Shown here in pieces: positions 19,195 to 29,321 of a DNA stretch of 64,000 nt (positions are counted from its first letter, which is position 1; every line of letters begins with the position of its first letter). The notes below the pieces were generated by a model. That model ran no database searches, was not told the origin of the DNA, and saw only the letters and a program-made list of their open reading frames with translations. The DNA comes from a bacterium. Lineage in GTDB: Bacteria > Moduliflexota > Moduliflexia > Moduliflexales > JAUQPW01. The stretch spans positions 10,898 through 74,897 of the forward strand of contig JAUQPW010000001.1 in assembly GCA_030550175.1 (NCBI GenBank), read 5' to 3'. The translations under genes were made by a program, and so were the position numbers.

Positions 19195-19250
19195 GGACGC
19201 AGGGAAATATCTCCACATCTCCGCGTCTCCCTATCTCCGTGTCTCAATAG
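19195..19250. repeat. Short repeat (atctccacatctccgcgtctccctatctcc) bounded by the inverted repeat gagacac/gtgtctc; a near-copy lies inside the sucB linker
   Basis: Compare 23158-23225 atctccacctctccgcgtctcc[gcgtctccgcatctccgcgtc]cctctatctcc. Confidence 0.5.
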
Positions 19251-20017
19251 GATGGGTAGCCCAAAACCAGAATCTCTGTACTTGCCGGTAAAGTGGCCTT
19301 GCGGACCTCGAGGGTTGAACTTTCGACTTTACGTACGGGATACTTATCTCCTACAAAAGAAAGAAAGTTGTCGATCATACCTTTAAAATCATACTGCATC
19401 GGAATAACCACCCGGGGTTTCAATTGTTCAATCACAGTTAAGACATCCCTATGACTCATCGTCCAGCTTCCATCTACCGAAATAAGAACAATATCTACTT
19501 TCCCCAAGGTTTTAATCTGTTCTTCACTGAGAGGATGCCCTAAATTACCCAGGTGGGCAATACATAACTCGCCTACTTCAAAGACAAAAATTGAGTTAAC
19601 CCCCAGTCCCCCACCGGTCCGAGTATAAACATTAAAGATTCTTATATCTTTAATTTTCTCATCGATTTTATTCCACTCCCCCCGGGGATTTACCCCTAAG
19701 AGTTGAATGGGATTCCCTTTAACCGCTTTAGTATTATCGTGGGCATGATGAAGATTGCTCACCGTAACAATATCCGGAGGGGTATCTGGAATATAGGGTA
19801 GAAAAGGATCTGTCAAAACGGTTGTACCCTCTGGCGAGGTAATCAAAAAGCTAGAATGCCCCAGTCGTTGAATAAGCACAGAGTTTGTGTTTACCAGCAT
19901 ATAGTTAACTGGAACTACCCAGTGACGGACCATTTCTAAATCACAACCTGCAAACGCCTGGGGCAGAAAAGTAAGGGTGAAAATCAAAGAAATAAAAAAG
20001 GACAAGATCTTTTCCAT
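19244..20017 (-). CDS. Secreted MBL-fold metallo-hydrolase
   Basis: Signal peptide (MEKILSFFISLIFTLTFLPQAFA). HHAHDN metal-binding motif and a later H/D pattern of the metallo-beta-lactamase fold. Confidence 0.65.
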   Translation of the reverse strand: MEKILSFFISLIFTLTFLPQAFAGCDLEMVRHWVVPVNYMLVNTNSVLIQRLGHSSFLITSPEGTTVLTDPFLPYIPDTPPDIVTVSNLHHAHDNTKAVKGNPIQLLGVNPRGEWNKIDEKIKDIRIFNVYTRTGGGLGVNSIFVFEVGELCIAHLGNLGHPLSEEQIKTLGKVDIVLISVDGSWTMSHRDVLTVIEQLKPRVVIPMQYDFKGMIDNFLSFVGDKYPVRKVESSTLEVRKATLPASTEILVLGYPSY

Positions 20018-20703
20018 GAAAACTTACCTCCCACCTGTTTAACTAAACTTGTTCTAAAAATCTGACGATATTTTCTATAAAGAAATCCTTCTCAGTTGAG
20101 ATTGTCAAGGTTGTAAAGGAACTTCTTCGAGTTCAAAGCGAGGAAAAGGGGGGTAAAGAAAGACGTTTCTACCGAATCCTATCCAATCGGACTGATCTAT
20201 CCTTTAATGAATTTGAACATCCCCTCGACCCGTCTAGAAGGACCGGGAAGGGGTTAAATAAAACCCCACAAAATGCCGTATCCTACCAAAGAAACCTCAA
20301 TGGAGATACCTTATGGAGATTTAACCCTCTTAATAAATTCTACTGAAGATACAGGTTCCAGCCTTCCGGTACCCTGTTAATCCGGGTTTTCCACCTTTTT
20401 TATTCAGGCGAGCTTTCCCCATTCCGGCCCCTTGTATTTTTTTCATTCTTTCCAGGCACAGAACTTGCTCCCTTAATCTTTAGAGTTTGTAGTGGATAGA
20501 GCGGTTTTAAGCCTGATATTCGGGTTATTGTAAGCCGAAGGACTTCCTTCAAGAACTTCGGAGCCTTGATCCTGAAAATGATGAAGAGGTCATAGACTAT
20601 CTCCAGAAGCATTATCCAGGTCTGTACCACGAAGAAGCTTTTCGCGTGAATATGAACGTGGTCGGGCTCGACTCACAAGACTTAAGGGAAAAGTATCAAA
20701 GCA

Positions 20704-21210
20704 ATGAGTAATCTTTTGTACAATGAGCAGCCCCTGAAAGCCAAAACGAGTAATATCAACGTTGGCGATACCGAACGTTGGGCCTCTGTAGTAGGAGGAG
20801 CTCTACTGGCGCGTTCCGGTTTAAGACGGAGTTCTTTAAAGGGTCTATTTCTGACACTTTTAGGCGGGACTCTTATTTATCGAGGTGTAACAGGGCATTG
20901 CGATGTTTATGAAGTCTTAGGGATTAGCACAGGTAGGCGAACCCAAAGTCCTGTGGCCAGTGTGTTTCACAAGGAAGGCATTAAGGTTGAAAAAAGCATA
21001 ACCGTCAATAGATCGCCGGAAGAATTATATCGCTTTTGGCGTAACTTTGAGAACTTACCCCACTTCATGGAACATCTTGAATCTGTGAGGAGGATAGATG
21101 ATAAACGTTCCCACTGGATAGCCAGGGCACCTATGGGTAGAACGGTGGAATGGGAGGCAGAGGTTTATATCGAATACACGCCCATTGCTGGAACGAATCG
21201 AACATGGTGA
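20704..21210 (+). pseudogene. DUF2892 (YgaP-like TM) + SRPBCC (cyclase/dehydrase-like) protein, C-terminally truncated
   Basis: N-terminus GDTERWASVVGGALL...LLGGTLIYRGVTGHCDVYEVLGIST is the DUF2892 pattern. The SRPBCC domain starts at ITVNRSPEELYRFW but stops after ~80 residues (about half a domain), where a foreign gene tail begins. Confidence 0.45.
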
Positions 21211-21340
21211 TATTGATCCCTCGTTTGTCATTACTCACCGGATGAGGCTGGAAGATGCGCCTTATAGTTACAAGATTTTTAGGGAATTAATGGATAATTG
21301 CATTAAGATAGTACTTAAGCCATAATGTAATAAAGAAGGA
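21182..21340 (+). pseudogene. Remnant of a Zn-dependent alcohol/formaldehyde dehydrogenase gene (C-terminal ~50 codons only)
   Basis: The frame starting 21212 translates to ...IEHGDIDPSFVITHRMRLEDAPYSYKIFRELMDNCIKIVLKP*, the conserved MDR/Zn-ADH C-terminus (THR..LEDAP.AY..F.....IKVVLKP). The frame has no start and is under 60 codons. It overlaps the 3' end of the SRPBCC ORF in another frame. Confidence 0.55.
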
Positions 21341-21432
21341 TCTTGTATAAAGTCTTACGTGGAATACAAAGATCTTTAGTAGGGGTGCCTGATTCCGCGC
21401 CCTTACGGGATGTAGGATCTTTATTATTAAGT

Positions 21433-22113
21433 ATGGAGATACGATTCCGAGATCGAAGGGAAGCGGGTCGTATATTAGGTCAGAGGCTGGCAACTTATGC
21501 GAATCGCTCAGATGTACTGATACTTGCACTCCCACGGGGAGGTGTACCTGTAGCATTTGAAGTGGCTAAAGCCCTTAAGGCTCCAGTAGATGTATTCATC
21601 GTACGCAAACTTGGCGTACCCGGTGATGAGGAACTGGCAATGGGAGCCGTTGCCACAGGGGGTATACGCGTGCTTAATGAAAATGTGATTCGGGCTTTAG
21701 AGATACCCGAGACGGTCATTGAAACGGTTACAGAAAAAGAAAAGCAAGAACTTGAACGGCGCGAGTTTATTTATCGGGGGGATCGTCCCCCGCTGGATGT
21801 ACGTGCACGTACTGTTATTCTTGTAGATGATGGCCTTGCGACAGGCTCTACCATGCGAGCTGCAGTTGCTGCACTTAAGCAGCAGCAGCCTGCTCGAATT
21901 ATTATTGCTGTTCCCGTTGCCTCACCCTCAACCTGTGAAGAGCTCAGGTCTGAGGTAAATGAAATCGTATGCCTGGCAACTCCGGAACCCCTCTTCGCCA
22001 TCAGCCTGTGGTATGAGGATTTCTCACAAACAAGCGATGAAGAAGTACGTGACCTGCTCGAACAGACCATGAAGGGATCTTCTGTAAGCTCTACGAATTC
22101 ATCCCCACCATAA
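21433..22113 (+). CDS. Predicted phosphoribosyltransferase (type I PRTase fold, COG1926-like); the ORF opens at 21343
   Basis: PRPP-binding loop [18 protein letters not shown]. The N-terminal [12 protein letters not shown] pattern is typical for this family. A ~30-aa S/T-rich C-terminal tail follows. Confidence 0.7.
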   Translation: MEIRFRDRREAGRILGQRLATYANRSDVLILALPRGGVPVAFEVAKALKAPVDVFIVRKLGVPGDEELAMGAVATGGIRVLNENVIRALEIPETVIETVTEKEKQELERREFIYRGDRPPLDVRARTVILVDDGLATGSTMRAAVAALKQQQPARIIIAVPVASPSTCEELRSEVNEIVCLATPEPLFAISLWYEDFSQTSDEEVRDLLEQTMKGSSVSSTNSSPP

Positions 22114-22166
22114 CCCCTATACTTCCGGTAAGGCAAGAAGGAACCCGTAAGGTACAAAATAGATAC

Positions 22167-23474
22167 TTAATAGTCCAGCTCCATGGTTTCTAAGTTTCGG
22201 GTAAACGCCTGCAGAAATTGCGCCGCAGTACTTCCATCCACCACGCGATAATCATAGGATAAAGAAGCGTACATCATCCAACGGATGCCGATCATATCTT
22301 CAATTACCACAGGCCGCTTCTTAACTGCACCAATTCCTAAAATCGCAATCTGGGGAGGTTGAATAAGGGGAGTATCTACTACAACCCCGAAAGCCCCGGA
22401 ATTGCTAACGGTAAAGGTTCCTCCCTGGAGTTCTTCAGGCTCGAGTTTTCTAGTTTGAGCTCGATAAATCAGATCCTCAATGGCTTTGGACATTCCCAAT
22501 AAATTTAAGCCTTGAGCCTCTTTAATAATAGGTACAACGACCTTATCTTCCAGAGGTACTGTAAAACCAATATGGATAAATTCCTTTAAAGCAACCGTCC
22601 CATCCTCTATAAGACCGTTTAAAGTAGGAAATTGCTTGAGGGCCTTAACCGTGGCCACCAGGATAAAAGGTAGAAATACCCACTCAGACGACCTTATGAC
22701 CCTCTCTCCCTGGGTTTTTTCCAGGTGCCGGACGATCCGCGTCATATCTACTTCTATCAAAGCGGTTGCATGGGGTACGAGCTGGGGGCCTAAGACCCGG
22801 AGACGTGGGATCGCAGAGATACTAGGTTGCCTGAACATTATTTCCCTTTCCTTACCTTGTGGTTTCTGCACTTCCTCTTCCAGAACTTGAGAGGGAGGAG
22901 GAATCGGCTCGGGTTTCGTTTCTTGAATCCTTTTTTTCGTTTTCAGGTCTGCCAGAATATCCTGCTTCATGATCCTACCACTCGGGCCGCTTCCCTGTTT
23001 CTGCTCAATTTCTTCCAGAGGAATCCCTTCCTTTTCGGCAATAGCCCGGGCCAGGGGAGAAATACGGGGACGTGGGGACGTAGGGACGCCGGGATGCGGG
23101 GGTACCCTTTCGGCCTCCCTATCTTCCTGTCTTTGCGCCTCCATTTCCCCCCGTCCCTCCATCTCCACCTCTCCGCGTCTCCGCGTCTCCGCATCTCCGC
23201 GTCCCTCTATCTCCACCTCCCCCCGTCCCTCCTCTACCTCTGTTTCAATCGAGGCGACTTCTGCCCCCACAGGGACCGTCTCTCCCTCGGCAAACAAGAT
23301 TCGACTGAGTTTTCCTGTGGCCGGAGCCGGCACTTCCGCATTTACTTTATCCGTACTCAGGACCAGAAGGACTTCATCCTTTTTTACAAAATCTCCTTCC
23401 TTTTTGTGCCACTCCAGAATCGTCCCTTCGACTACACTTTCTCCCAATTGGGGTATTGTAACGCTGACTTTCAT
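22167..23474 (-). CDS. sucB: Dihydrolipoamide acyltransferase E2 (2-oxoglutarate dehydrogenase complex), with an unusual E/R/G repeat linker
   Basis: N-terminal lipoyl domain (LSTDKVNAEVPAPATG, lipoyl-Lys). E3-binding domain (SPLARAIAEKEGIPLEEI). Catalytic domain with DYRVVDG (DHR..DG-type). The linker EVEIEGRGDAETRRRGEVEMEGRGEME is encoded by 8-bp tandem repeats. Confidence 0.85.
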   Translation of the reverse strand: MKVSVTIPQLGESVVEGTILEWHKKEGDFVKKDEVLLVLSTDKVNAEVPAPATGKLSRILFAEGETVPVGAEVASIETEVEEGRGEVEIEGRGDAETRRRGEVEMEGRGEMEAQRQEDREAERVPPHPGVPTSPRPRISPLARAIAEKEGIPLEEIEQKQGSGPSGRIMKQDILADLKTKKRIQETKPEPIPPPSQVLEEEVQKPQGKEREIMFRQPSISAIPRLRVLGPQLVPHATALIEVDMTRIVRHLEKTQGERVIRSSEWVFLPFILVATVKALKQFPTLNGLIEDGTVALKEFIHIGFTVPLEDKVVVPIIKEAQGLNLLGMSKAIEDLIYRAQTRKLEPEELQGGTFTVSNSGAFGVVVDTPLIQPPQIAILGIGAVKKRPVVIEDMIGIRWMMYASLSYDYRVVDGSTAAQFLQAFTRNLETMELDY

Positions 23475-23550
23475 TACACACCGGAAGCCAAAAATCAGAG
23501 GTTATTCTAAATTCCCCACTCCGACCTCTGGCTTTTGATTCTTGATTTCC

Positions 23551-26500
23551 CTATCCTTTAAGGGCCGTTTCAATAATTTGTCTTTGTTCCTCCTGATGAA
23601 TCCTTAGAGAGCCTGTTGCAGGGCTGGCACTTTCTGGACGGCCCACATAGATGGGTTCTGCATCTCTGAGTTTAGGGAAGAAGGATAAATCTCTCCGGAG
23701 TAATTTACGCAGGCGCGGACTTATATAACCCCAGGCACCCATGTTTTGAGGCTCTTCCTGTACCCAGAAAAGCTCTTGCAGATTGGGATACGTTCGTAAG
23801 AGTTCTTGAAGCCGGGCTTCATGGAAAGGATAGAGTTGCTCCAGACGTAATAGGGCTATGTGACGGATCTGACGTTTTTCCCGCTCTTGCAAGAGCTCAT
23901 AATAAATTTTGCCACTACACAGAATAACTCGAGTTATCGGGTCTTTAGAATTCAATAGGGTATCATCCAGAATTTCCTGAAAATGACCTTTTATCATCTC
24001 CTCAAGGGTTGAAACTGCCCGTGGATGTCGCAACAGACTCTTTGGGGTGGCTACAACGAGGGGTTTACAGGTTCCATCATAGACCTGACGACGCAGGAGG
24101 TGGAAATACTGGGCCGGGGTTGTACAATTGCAGACCTGAATATTATCCTCCGCGCAGAGTTGTAAAAATCGTTCAAGTCGAGCAGAGGAATGTTCCGGTC
24201 CCTGTCCTTCATAGCCATGGGGGAGTAACAGGACAATATCACTGGACTGACTCCATTTTTCTTCGGAACTGGCCAGAAATTGATCGATAATGACCTGAGC
24301 TCCGTTGGCAAAATCACCAAATTGGGCTTCCCAAAGCACCAGAGTGGAAGGATCCGCAACGCTATATCCGTATTCAAAACCGAGTACGGCTGCTTCAGAA
24401 AGAAGGCTATCAAACACATCAAACTTTGCCTGGGTAGGTTCAAGATGGTTCAAGGGTACATATTCCTGTTCGGTTTCATAGTCATAGAGGATGGCATGGC
24501 GCTGGCTAAAAGTACCCCGCGCGCTATCTTCTCCGCTCAACCTTACGTGGATTCCTTCGGTTAGCAAACTACCAAACGCCAGGGCTTCGGCAAAGGCCCA
24601 ATCTATAGGAGCCTGGGGATTGGTGAGGACGGCTCTCCGTTTTTCCAGGAACGAGCTAAGTTTGGGATGTAGCTTAAAATCTGAGGGAAGTGTGGTCATT
24701 CGTTCTGTAATCAGGATTAATCGATCTTTCTCGACGCCTGTATCTGAAAGTTCTTTAGGCTTTGGTTTTGCTTCGTCTATTAAAGGATTCTTGGATAGAC
24801 GAGGGGTCGTTGTGGGCTTGAGGGACTTGACCACTTCCAGGGCCTGTTCAAAGCGTTTGTGAAAATCTGCCGCCATTTCTTCAGCTTCCTCCGGCTTCAA
24901 TTCGTTATCTCGAAGTAACTGCTCGGTATAAATCTGCCGGACCGAGGGATGTTCCTGGATTTTCTTATAAAGCACGGGGTGGGTATAACTGGGTTCATCT
25001 ACTTCGCTGTGACCGTGGCGACGATAGCAAATAAGGTCAATAACTACATCGGTTGCAAACTTTTGCCGATAGGCAAATGCCAACTTTACCACATGGACTG
25101 TTGCTTCCGGATCGTCCCCGTTAACGTGGAATATGGGTACCTGCAACATCTTAGCAATGTCGGTTGCATAGAGCGTAGAACGAGCCTGCTCCGGAGAGGT
25201 GGTAAAACCTATTTGATTATTGATGACAATATGAACGGTACCCCCCGTACGATATCCTCGAAGCTGAGAGAGGTTAAGCGTTTCGGCCACAATGCCCTGA
25301 CCGGCAAAGGCAGCATCTCCATGGATTAAGACCGGGATGACCTTTTTCCTGTTGGTGTCGCCGATCCGCTCCTGTTTAGCCCGGGTCATTCCTTCTACGA
25401 CCGGATTGACGGCTTCCAGATGACTTGGATTTGAGGCCAACGAAAGGTTGATTTTCTTACCGGTGGGGGTTTCGTAGAATCCGGTAGCTCCCAGGTGATA
25501 CTTGACATCTCCAGAACCTTGAGGTGCGGTCGGGTCTATATATTCTTCGAACTCCGAAAAGATTTTTTCATAGGATTTACCGATAATATTGGCCAATACA
25601 TTTAATCGTCCCCGATGGGCCATCCCCATCACGACTTCCACCACTCCCTGTTCTGTGGCTTCGTCTAATAAGGCATCGAGCATAGGAATCAGGGTCTCAG
25701 CCCCTTCGAGGGAAAAGCGCTTATAGCCCACATATCGGGTATGGAGGAATTTCTCAAAGGCCTCGGCGGCATTCAATCTTAAGAGGATTCGGCGCTTGGC
25801 TTCACGGGAAAGTTGGGTTTTATTACGGCAACTCTCCATCCGCTCCTGAAGCCATAATTTTTGCTCCGGGTTTTGGATATTTCTATACTCTACACCGATT
25901 TTCCCACAGTAAGTTTCCCGCAAGGTATCCAAAATATCCCGCAGGGTAGCAACCGACTGGCCTCCCAATCCTCCCGTAATAAACTTTCGATCAAGATCCC
26001 AAATGGTCAATCCATACTGGGCCGGATCCAACTCAGGATGATAGTGAGGTTCATAACCTAAAGGATTGAGATCTGCAAGTAAATGCCCTCGGACCCGATA
26101 AGCATTGATAAGCTGTAACACCCGGGCCTGTTTTTCTATAGCTTCAAGGCTACGGGTTAAATCCAGGAGCTCTTTATTCTCATCCCGTTCCCAGTGGACA
26201 GGTTCATGGGGTAGCTTAAGATCCGTAAAGATTTGCTCATAGAATCCATCTTCTCCCTGGAGCAATTGATGAATTCGAGCCAGGTAGGAACCCGATTCGG
26301 CCCCTTGAATGATCCGGTGGTCATAGGTGCTGGTTAGGGTCATTACTTTACTGACCCCCAATTGAGAGAGGGTTTCCTCGGACATCCCTTGATACTCTGC
26401 CGGATAATCAATCGCACCCGTTGCGATAATGGCTCCTTGTCCCGGCATAAGCCTTGGGACCGAAGCTACCGTACCTATCATTCCAGGATTGGTTAAACTA

Positions 26501-27219
26501 ATAGTCGTGTCCTGAAAATCCTGGAGTGTCAACTTACCCGAGCGAGCCCGCTGAACCACATCGTTATACGCCTTCAGAAATTCAAGGAAGTTCAGTTTAT
26601 GAGCGTTCTTGATATTAGGTACCAGTAAAACCCTGGAGCCATCTTTTTGCTCAACATCTATTGCCAGCCCCAGATTGACCTCGGTCCTCTGAACCTTATG
26701 GGGTTCTCCGTTTAAGACCATAAAGGCCGAGTTCATATTAGGGTAATCCTTCAGGGCTTTAACCATCGCCCAGGCAATAATATGGGTATAAGAAGCCTTC
26801 CCCTGCCCCATCAAACTTAGGTGATGATTGATGATCCGTCTATTTTCTTCCAGTACCTTAACCGGTATAACACGCACAGAAGTAGCCGTCGGCAGGGTTA
26901 AACTGGCCTCCATATTCTCTGCAATCTTTGCCATAACCCCGCGAAGGGCCTTGATTTCTCCCGTAGGTAACGGACGATGGGCTGTGGATAGTTCTTCTTT
27001 TTCCGGCTTCCAGCTTTTAACCTCCGGTCTTTTGCCCTCTCCAGGGGCTCCTCCATTACCTGCCTGAAAATCCCGTTCATAACCCGCAAAAAACCGCCGC
27101 CAACTCTCACTTACCGTTGAAGGGTCCTTCAAGTACTGCTCATAAAGATCCTGGACAAAGTCGGAGTTAAATCCAAACTGCACTATTTTCAAGTCCTTAT
27201 CCGACATTTTCTCTTTCAT
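23551..27219 (-). CDS. sucA: 2-oxoglutarate dehydrogenase E1 component of the OdhA/Kgd type (N-terminal E2-like succinyltransferase domain fused to E1o)
   Basis: 1222 aa, against ~930 for classical SucA. The N-terminal ~350 aa contain the E2 catalytic signature LTSTYDHRIIQGAESGSYL. The remainder is E1o (ThDP-binding GDAAFAGQG region, transketolase-like C-terminus). Sits immediately upstream of the E2 gene. Confidence 0.85.
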   Translation of the reverse strand: MKEKMSDKDLKIVQFGFNSDFVQDLYEQYLKDPSTVSESWRRFFAGYERDFQAGNGGAPGEGKRPEVKSWKPEKEELSTAHRPLPTGEIKALRGVMAKIAENMEASLTLPTATSVRVIPVKVLEENRRIINHHLSLMGQGKASYTHIIAWAMVKALKDYPNMNSAFMVLNGEPHKVQRTEVNLGLAIDVEQKDGSRVLLVPNIKNAHKLNFLEFLKAYNDVVQRARSGKLTLQDFQDTTISLTNPGMIGTVASVPRLMPGQGAIIATGAIDYPAEYQGMSEETLSQLGVSKVMTLTSTYDHRIIQGAESGSYLARIHQLLQGEDGFYEQIFTDLKLPHEPVHWERDENKELLDLTRSLEAIEKQARVLQLINAYRVRGHLLADLNPLGYEPHYHPELDPAQYGLTIWDLDRKFITGGLGGQSVATLRDILDTLRETYCGKIGVEYRNIQNPEQKLWLQERMESCRNKTQLSREAKRRILLRLNAAEAFEKFLHTRYVGYKRFSLEGAETLIPMLDALLDEATEQGVVEVVMGMAHRGRLNVLANIIGKSYEKIFSEFEEYIDPTAPQGSGDVKYHLGATGFYETPTGKKINLSLASNPSHLEAVNPVVEGMTRAKQERIGDTNRKKVIPVLIHGDAAFAGQGIVAETLNLSQLRGYRTGGTVHIVINNQIGFTTSPEQARSTLYATDIAKMLQVPIFHVNGDDPEATVHVVKLAFAYRQKFATDVVIDLICYRRHGHSEVDEPSYTHPVLYKKIQEHPSVRQIYTEQLLRDNELKPEEAEEMAADFHKRFEQALEVVKSLKPTTTPRLSKNPLIDEAKPKPKELSDTGVEKDRLILITERMTTLPSDFKLHPKLSSFLEKRRAVLTNPQAPIDWAFAEALAFGSLLTEGIHVRLSGEDSARGTFSQRHAILYDYETEQEYVPLNHLEPTQAKFDVFDSLLSEAAVLGFEYGYSVADPSTLVLWEAQFGDFANGAQVIIDQFLASSEEKWSQSSDIVLLLPHGYEGQGPEHSSARLERFLQLCAEDNIQVCNCTTPAQYFHLLRRQVYDGTCKPLVVATPKSLLRHPRAVSTLEEMIKGHFQEILDDTLLNSKDPITRVILCSGKIYYELLQEREKRQIRHIALLRLEQLYPFHEARLQELLRTYPNLQELFWVQEEPQNMGAWGYISPRLRKLLRRDLSFFPKLRDAEPIYVGRPESASPATGSLRIHQEEQRQIIETALKG

Positions 27220-27679
27220 ACCTCCTGATTATTAATTTAAGGTTAAACAATCCCCTGAGGCCAGAGTAAATCTCGGATTTCTTTCGTAGTCAACCAAACT
27301 CAAAGTGAGTACTCCTTAACTCCCTCAGGATAATCTTTCCATGAAGAAAAAGAATAAACCTTTTGATCCCATGGAGGTGAATCTCTGCCGAAGCTGCAGA
27401 GGATACTCTGAGAAACACCCCTTGTCTTTTACATCTAACGATTTTTCCCTGACCCTTTAACCTGCCTTTTATACTATTTTTTTACTCTTTCTAAATGGAA
27501 ATCTCTGATTTTCACCTTATTTTCCCTTAAAAATAGGAGGTTAACATAAAAACAATCAGCCGGTTAAAGGAGCACCTGTTCGTCAGGTGCAGGAGGATCA
27601 ACAAAATATTTCAACCGGCCGCCAGGTTAAGGGTTAAGCTTGATCAATCCTTGATTTCAAGGTCATATATCTTTGAACT

Positions 27680-29095
27680 TCATGAGGAAGCAGTCTTCCA
27701 CAGATTTCCTGCTAGACAGAGAACAGCTAACCATCCGATGATTCCTGAAAATGCAAAGGCAGTTTTAGCGACCCACACGCTCGCGGGAACTGCTCCAAAT
27801 ATAGCTGAAGGGAGAAGCAAAGGAAATATACGGCAGATGGTGGCTACAGTGCCCAACCAGAAGGTAAAATCTACCAGTTGTGTGCAGGCTACTCGCTTCT
27901 TCTTAATAAAGCCCGGAATCATGCGTACAGACATACCGAAAATCAGGTGGGTAATGAAGCCTAACAAATACAGATGTCGTATAACATCATTCCCGATGCT
28001 AACCGGGCGTCCCCACAGGGTAGCAATCCCCAAAAGTATCTCAAAGAAAGCCCCCACGACAAGCCATACGTAAGCGGCATAGACCGGTCTCTCAAAACGA
28101 CCAAATTCCCCGTAATCCGGCATACCCGGTCGGGTGGGTCGGCGGTCTGAGGCTGGTTGTAAAGTACGTTGACCTGTCCAGGGTTCTCGAAAGCGGGTGA
28201 GAATATCCAGCTTCCAAACAAACCACAAGATAACTCCCCCCTTTAGAAGCATCCCTATCTGGGATAGGTAGAAAGACGCCTGGGGTATCAGATCTGAAAG
28301 GGGAGGAAAAGCAGGTGCAGTTTGTAAGCAAAAGGCAAAAAGGTAAGCATAAGCGACCCTACGAACAGGCCAATCGATAGGAGCAAGGCGGAAATAAAGC
28401 GGAAACGTACGAATCGAAAAGGCAAAGGCGACCGGGAGAAGAACCAGACCAACAAATATCTGGATGGAAAATTCGTTCCAGGCCGGACTTATCATACTCC
28501 CTTTGCTCAAAACCATCTGGATAAGCAAAATAAGGTTGAGGCTGGCATAAAAAAGCCAGCCCACCAGCATCATACTAAAGTAGGGCTTTACCGATGTCAA
28601 GGCCGGACGTTGGTCAATCCCCTTTACTCCGTAAAGGGTTTTACTTAACAAAAATAAATAGGCAAAAATACCCGACCATTCTATCAGTCCTGAGCCGACA
28701 ACCATTCCGCCGAAAAGAACAAACAACGTGCTTCTGGTTATATAGGGTAAAACTACATGGCCGACGCTCCGAAGCAAAAGCCCAACTCCCATCAGCCAGA
28801 GGATGCGGTGGATCCACCGGGGTTGAGAAACGGGGATTCCGGCCAGCCGGGGAATAAAATGAAGGCTAATTCCGATGATGAATAACCCGGCCCAGCCAAC
28901 CAACTGGAGATGGCCATGAGTTTGAATAAAACTGTGATAGCCTTTTCCCAGTGGAAAGTCATAACCGATGACAAAAGTTAAATGGGCACCGATATCAAAT
29001 CCTGCAAATAAAGCAGCAGACAGCGCCACCCAGATATAGCCCATTTGAAACTCTGCTTGTTTACTTCTCGATTCAGGAATAGACTCGTTTAACAC
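27680..29095 (-). CDS. NnrS-family-like polytopic membrane protein (putative haem-Cu protein; assignment tentative)
   Basis: 471 aa with about 12 TMs. The conserved His-containing segment QTHGHLQLVGWAGLFIIGISLHFIPRLAG resembles the NnrS H.H.M.FGF...FI.GFL motif. Confidence 0.4.
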   Translation of the reverse strand: MLNESIPESRSKQAEFQMGYIWVALSAALFAGFDIGAHLTFVIGYDFPLGKGYHSFIQTHGHLQLVGWAGLFIIGISLHFIPRLAGIPVSQPRWIHRILWLMGVGLLLRSVGHVVLPYITRSTLFVLFGGMVVGSGLIEWSGIFAYLFLLSKTLYGVKGIDQRPALTSVKPYFSMMLVGWLFYASLNLILLIQMVLSKGSMISPAWNEFSIQIFVGLVLLPVAFAFSIRTFPLYFRLAPIDWPVRRVAYAYLFAFCLQTAPAFPPLSDLIPQASFYLSQIGMLLKGGVILWFVWKLDILTRFREPWTGQRTLQPASDRRPTRPGMPDYGEFGRFERPVYAAYVWLVVGAFFEILLGIATLWGRPVSIGNDVIRHLYLLGFITHLIFGMSVRMIPGFIKKKRVACTQLVDFTFWLGTVATICRIFPLLLPSAIFGAVPASVWVAKTAFAFSGIIGWLAVLCLAGNLWKTASS

Positions 29096-29321
29096 CGTCC
29101 CTGAGAGGAATCAAAAACTGAAATCATCTGAGAACCCAAAATCGATTTAAATATAAACCGACTATCTATGGTATCAAGGAAAAATTTGAACTTTTCAACG
29201 GGCCTGGAGAATCCAGTCCCATGATCGGATATTTGGCCGGATTAAGAGGGTTAAAAGGGGAATCCTTCCAAAATTTTGAATCTTTATCTTGACAGCGAAA
29301 GGGATCAGCCTCTTTTTATAA

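Noticed and set aside
22636-23538. Plus-strand ORFs of 84, 227 and 189 aa
   Set aside because: They are antisense to sucB and kept open by the stop-free 8-bp tandem repeat and GC-rich linker. Their proline/arginine-rich translations lack domains.
27651-28331. Plus and minus small ORFs overlapping the NnrS-like gene
   Set aside because: They are shadow ORFs within a polytopic membrane-protein gene. No independent support.
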